From NCBI GenBank assembly GCA_030141605.1, contig JAQGDQ010000326.1, positions 62,001-126,000 of the forward strand: a DNA stretch of 64,000 bases, written 5' to 3'. Of this stretch, positions 60,698 to 64,000 are shown piece after piece (the first letter of the stretch is position 1; each line of letters starts with the position of its first letter). The DNA is from Tubiluchus corallicola. Taxonomy: Eukaryota; Animalia; Priapulida. Position numbers and translations under genes: made by a program. The notes under the pieces were generated by a model. The model searched no databases, was not told the origin of the DNA, and saw only the letters and a program-made list of their open reading frames with translations.

Positions 60698-63600
60698 TAT
60701 AAATTAGAAGACCTAACAACCACATGCTTAGGATTATGATCAGTTGTCAAATTTCAGTTTTGTAATGTGAATAATTCTGCCTGCTTGCCGAATATCATGA
60801 TTTTAATCACTTCGTTGTGGTAGCAACTTGGTAGGGTACCTAACTGGTTAGTAGATGAACTTAAAATCCTCAGTTTAGCACATATTTCGGTACAATTCGT
60901 TTTGTTTAAACGCTAATTAGTACCGTTGTGCAGAACGTCTCCAACCAACATCGCCCACGGCGAACCACATTACTTAATCCGGCGTTTCGTACCTCACCAT
61001 TCCTTCATGTCGAGAGTCGAAAGCAATTTGGTCTTTATTTTTCCCAGGTTACTATGCTAAACCTGCAGCTCTCACTGGAAGCATTCTATTCCTTTTTTGT
61101 GTGTACATTCTGCGCGACCACTTAGGGCGTCTTTGGGTTCGACACTTTAGATTTAGTTTTAGGCCTACATTTTAACTACTTTTTCGTTAACCTTTTCATA
61201 CACACTGTTCTTTGCTTGTCGCTTCGATTTGTAAACATGGGTTTGTCGTGTATTTTGCCACAAGTTTTAGAATACAGTGCAAACGTATTTTGATCAAGTT
61301 GGGGTAATCGTTTTCGTTTCCACATTGCAAGAGTTGAAGGTAGGCTTGTGATTCTTTACAACTGTAGGCAAATTCAGTGTAACAAAAACCGCAGTTTTGA
61401 CTCATGACGTTGCCTTTATCTAACATTTGTATATTATTCGTCTACAACAAATAAAAAAACTTCTGTTAATCCGCTGATCGTTAAATTTCGGTCTAACAAC
61501 GTCACTGAATATAATTATGATGAACACGATAATTAAACCAATATTAATTGCATCATTAGGATGCGATGAGCAATTAGCGATAATTTTTCGCGTTATTTAC
61601 GCCAATCGGTGCGTGTATTATCAATAAATCATTGGTTTTAACAGCCGAACATTTATTAGCCATAATTACGCTAAATGAACAACGATTTTACATATGCACT
61701 GACGAACTTGAATATCAAACGGGCCACTAAACTTTACTGACAAACCTGAATTAGTCAAATTTAGGACTGGTCGAATGTGTAAGTCCCCCTTTAATGATTT
61801 TTAAAGGTTTGCTAAAATAGCAATTATTAAAACTCGACCAAGAGCCATATTTTTTTGAAACAAATCAAGTTACCTTGTTACCCTTTCTTGACCTTTTGGT
61901 AATGGAAAATGTTTTGGGAGTAACACAAACACATGCATTCCTAATTAGTTCTTCTAATATGGGGAGATCTCGCATTTTGGTGGCTTACACTTTCCTTTTA
62001 AAGAGGAGGAAAAAGGAATATATCCCGAAAAAACTTTCTGTCCAGAATTATGTTACTGTGCAACACTGCTTGAAAGGCTTATGTAATTAGAAAAGAAAAT
62101 TCTTGACAATTTAAAATGTTCGCATCAGCTGGTAAAACGTCATTACATCGCCATCCCAGTGTGCACCACTATCAGGTGGCGTGCAGAGGTTTAGTGATTC
62201 ACGGGCCAACTCCAACGCATCCTCTGGCCTACTTTTTGCACGCTACTACCACTATTTCAACCAAAGAACACAACACAATAAGAAATAATTCATAGGGCCT
62301 ACTTTTGCTTAGTTAGTGAAGTGTGCGCTACAAATGCTCTGATTATTTTTTCAAACTTTACCCAATTATATCTAAACTTGCTTTAATTAAACGACTTACC
62401 GTCAAAATGGCTGCGCCTAACAGTTATCGTGGGAGTTTAAATTTAGGAGTTTTGTACAGTGTTCCTGTTAACACATGCTATACGCAGCAAAACAGCGGTT
62501 TATAAAAGTTCAAGACGAATTTCTTACGTTCTATTTATTGAGGAGTGTTTTCTTGTCCATTAAGATAGATAGTTTGTTGAGCATATAACATAAAAAGACC
62601 AAAAGAAAACACATCGATCGTGTACATAAGATGGAACGGCTCAAAATGTAGCCTGTAGCCCCAGCAAGACTGGTTTTTCGCAGGGGCGTATCAAGACGTT
62701 ACGACGCCTTAAGTTCAGTTCTTCCCACCACATTTATGGATATTTGGTTGTTTATATGCGAAGTGCAACAGACAATTACTTATGGTTTATTAGTTATACT
62801 ATTGCCTACGTAGTCATTGTTAAATAGATATATTTCTTTTGTCAACAATTGTTATCCAAATTGAATGTATGCCTTATTTCTTGTTATGTATCCGTCTTGG
62901 CACTAATAAATAAATAAAATATTTGTATAGAGCTTATATACAACCAGGGCGCACAATTGCTTGTGGTGTAACATCTTTTAAGTAATAATTGTACTTCTTG
63001 TTATGTGATATGTATATATAAAAGCGGGCTCACTAACAGCTTGTGGTATGTTATAAAAGACGCACTTTATATGAACATGAAAAGAAATGCATTTTCCGAG
63101 GAAGACAAGAATTTTTTAACCCTGGGGCCCTAAAATCTGGCGCCCTTCAAAATTTAACGCCTTAGGCTACAGCCTTGTTGATACATACCCCCCCCTAATT
63201 CTGCGAGAGAATAACTACTTAAGCGATTTTTGATGTCTGCTCAAGATCAGCATTATTGCAGGAGAAAACCACACAAGACTTCAAATGCAGACCCAAAAAT
63301 TCTCAAGTACTTCGTAGAAGTTTACCGGAAGACGAACGTCCGTTAAAACGAGTCTTTCGATAAGTAATAACGCCTGTCTTACTGATAAAATTTGCATTGA
63401 CGAAATGCGTAAAAAACTGTAAGTGCTATAATATGATTAGGTGACTGACTGTGATAGATTGTACGTGTGTAGGCTTATCAATAAATTTTGATATCTTATT
63501 TAGAATGTTTTTTTGATTAAAAATCATTAAAAACCAACAATTGTGATATGTTTTTGTTACATGTATATTTGACACGTAGATGTGGAAGAAAGTAAGCTAT

Positions 63601-64000
63601 GAATGATAAAATTTTACTTTTTCTTACGCACACAAATAACTATTACAGTAATTGCCAGGCAAAAAAACAGGAAAAATTTACAGGTGTTCAAACTTGTACT
63701 GCCACCAATGTTAAAAGACAAAACTTATTATTAATCTGGCATCCATTGATTTATGTTGATCGAACAAATGCATAGTGAAAAGGGGATTTCTTTCCAGTCT
63801 TTTCTGCTCTGCTATGAAATAGTTTCAGATATAATTTCTCAACAGCAACCGTGCAATTTTCATTTACATTACGATACATTTTTGCTCTAACAATCATTGT
63901 CACAGACGTAATAGCTACCGGGACATTTTAACATGTCAAAATAAGATTAAAGAACAATAGCCCAATCTGATAGCAATTTCTTAAACAGAAATTTTCGTTG

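Noticed and set aside
62160-63195. CAGGGGCG-type degenerate hAT-like ends and a YY1-like AAAATGGCTGCG motif (MAAP start)
   Set aside because: TIR pairing and TSD could not be established, and no downstream exon structure supports a gene.

Overview
AT-rich, intron-rich eukaryotic DNA, probably from an invertebrate animal, with one assembly gap at 9934-10214. I reconstructed five protein-coding loci by hand from GT-AG junctions and reading frames. (1) RB1CC1/FIP200 (ATG11-like), minus strand, 18 coding exons; its C-terminal Claw domain runs off the left edge. (2) An intronless BCS1-like AAA+ ATPase, plus strand, resembling giant-virus/protist-type BCS1-like ATPases. (3) A 13-exon minus-strand gene mostly missed by the ORF track. 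It encodes a ZNF451/ZATT-like protein with an N-terminal tandem-SIM module and a C-terminal ZNF451-type PIN-like domain, but no C2H2 zinc fingers. (4) GH29 alpha-L-fucosidase, plus strand, 8 exons. (5) PYROXD1, minus strand, only 2 coding exons. Non-coding DNA holds a 5S rRNA-headed SINE-like insertion, two Tigger/pogo-like MITEs, a hAT-like MITE, TGT...ACA (Ginger-like) elements, foldback elements, a decayed RTE LINE and a 57-bp-arm palindrome. The most notable items are the zinc-finger-less ZNF451-like gene, the intronless AAA ATPase and the 5S-derived SINE. All family assignments rest on remembered motifs; no database searches were run.
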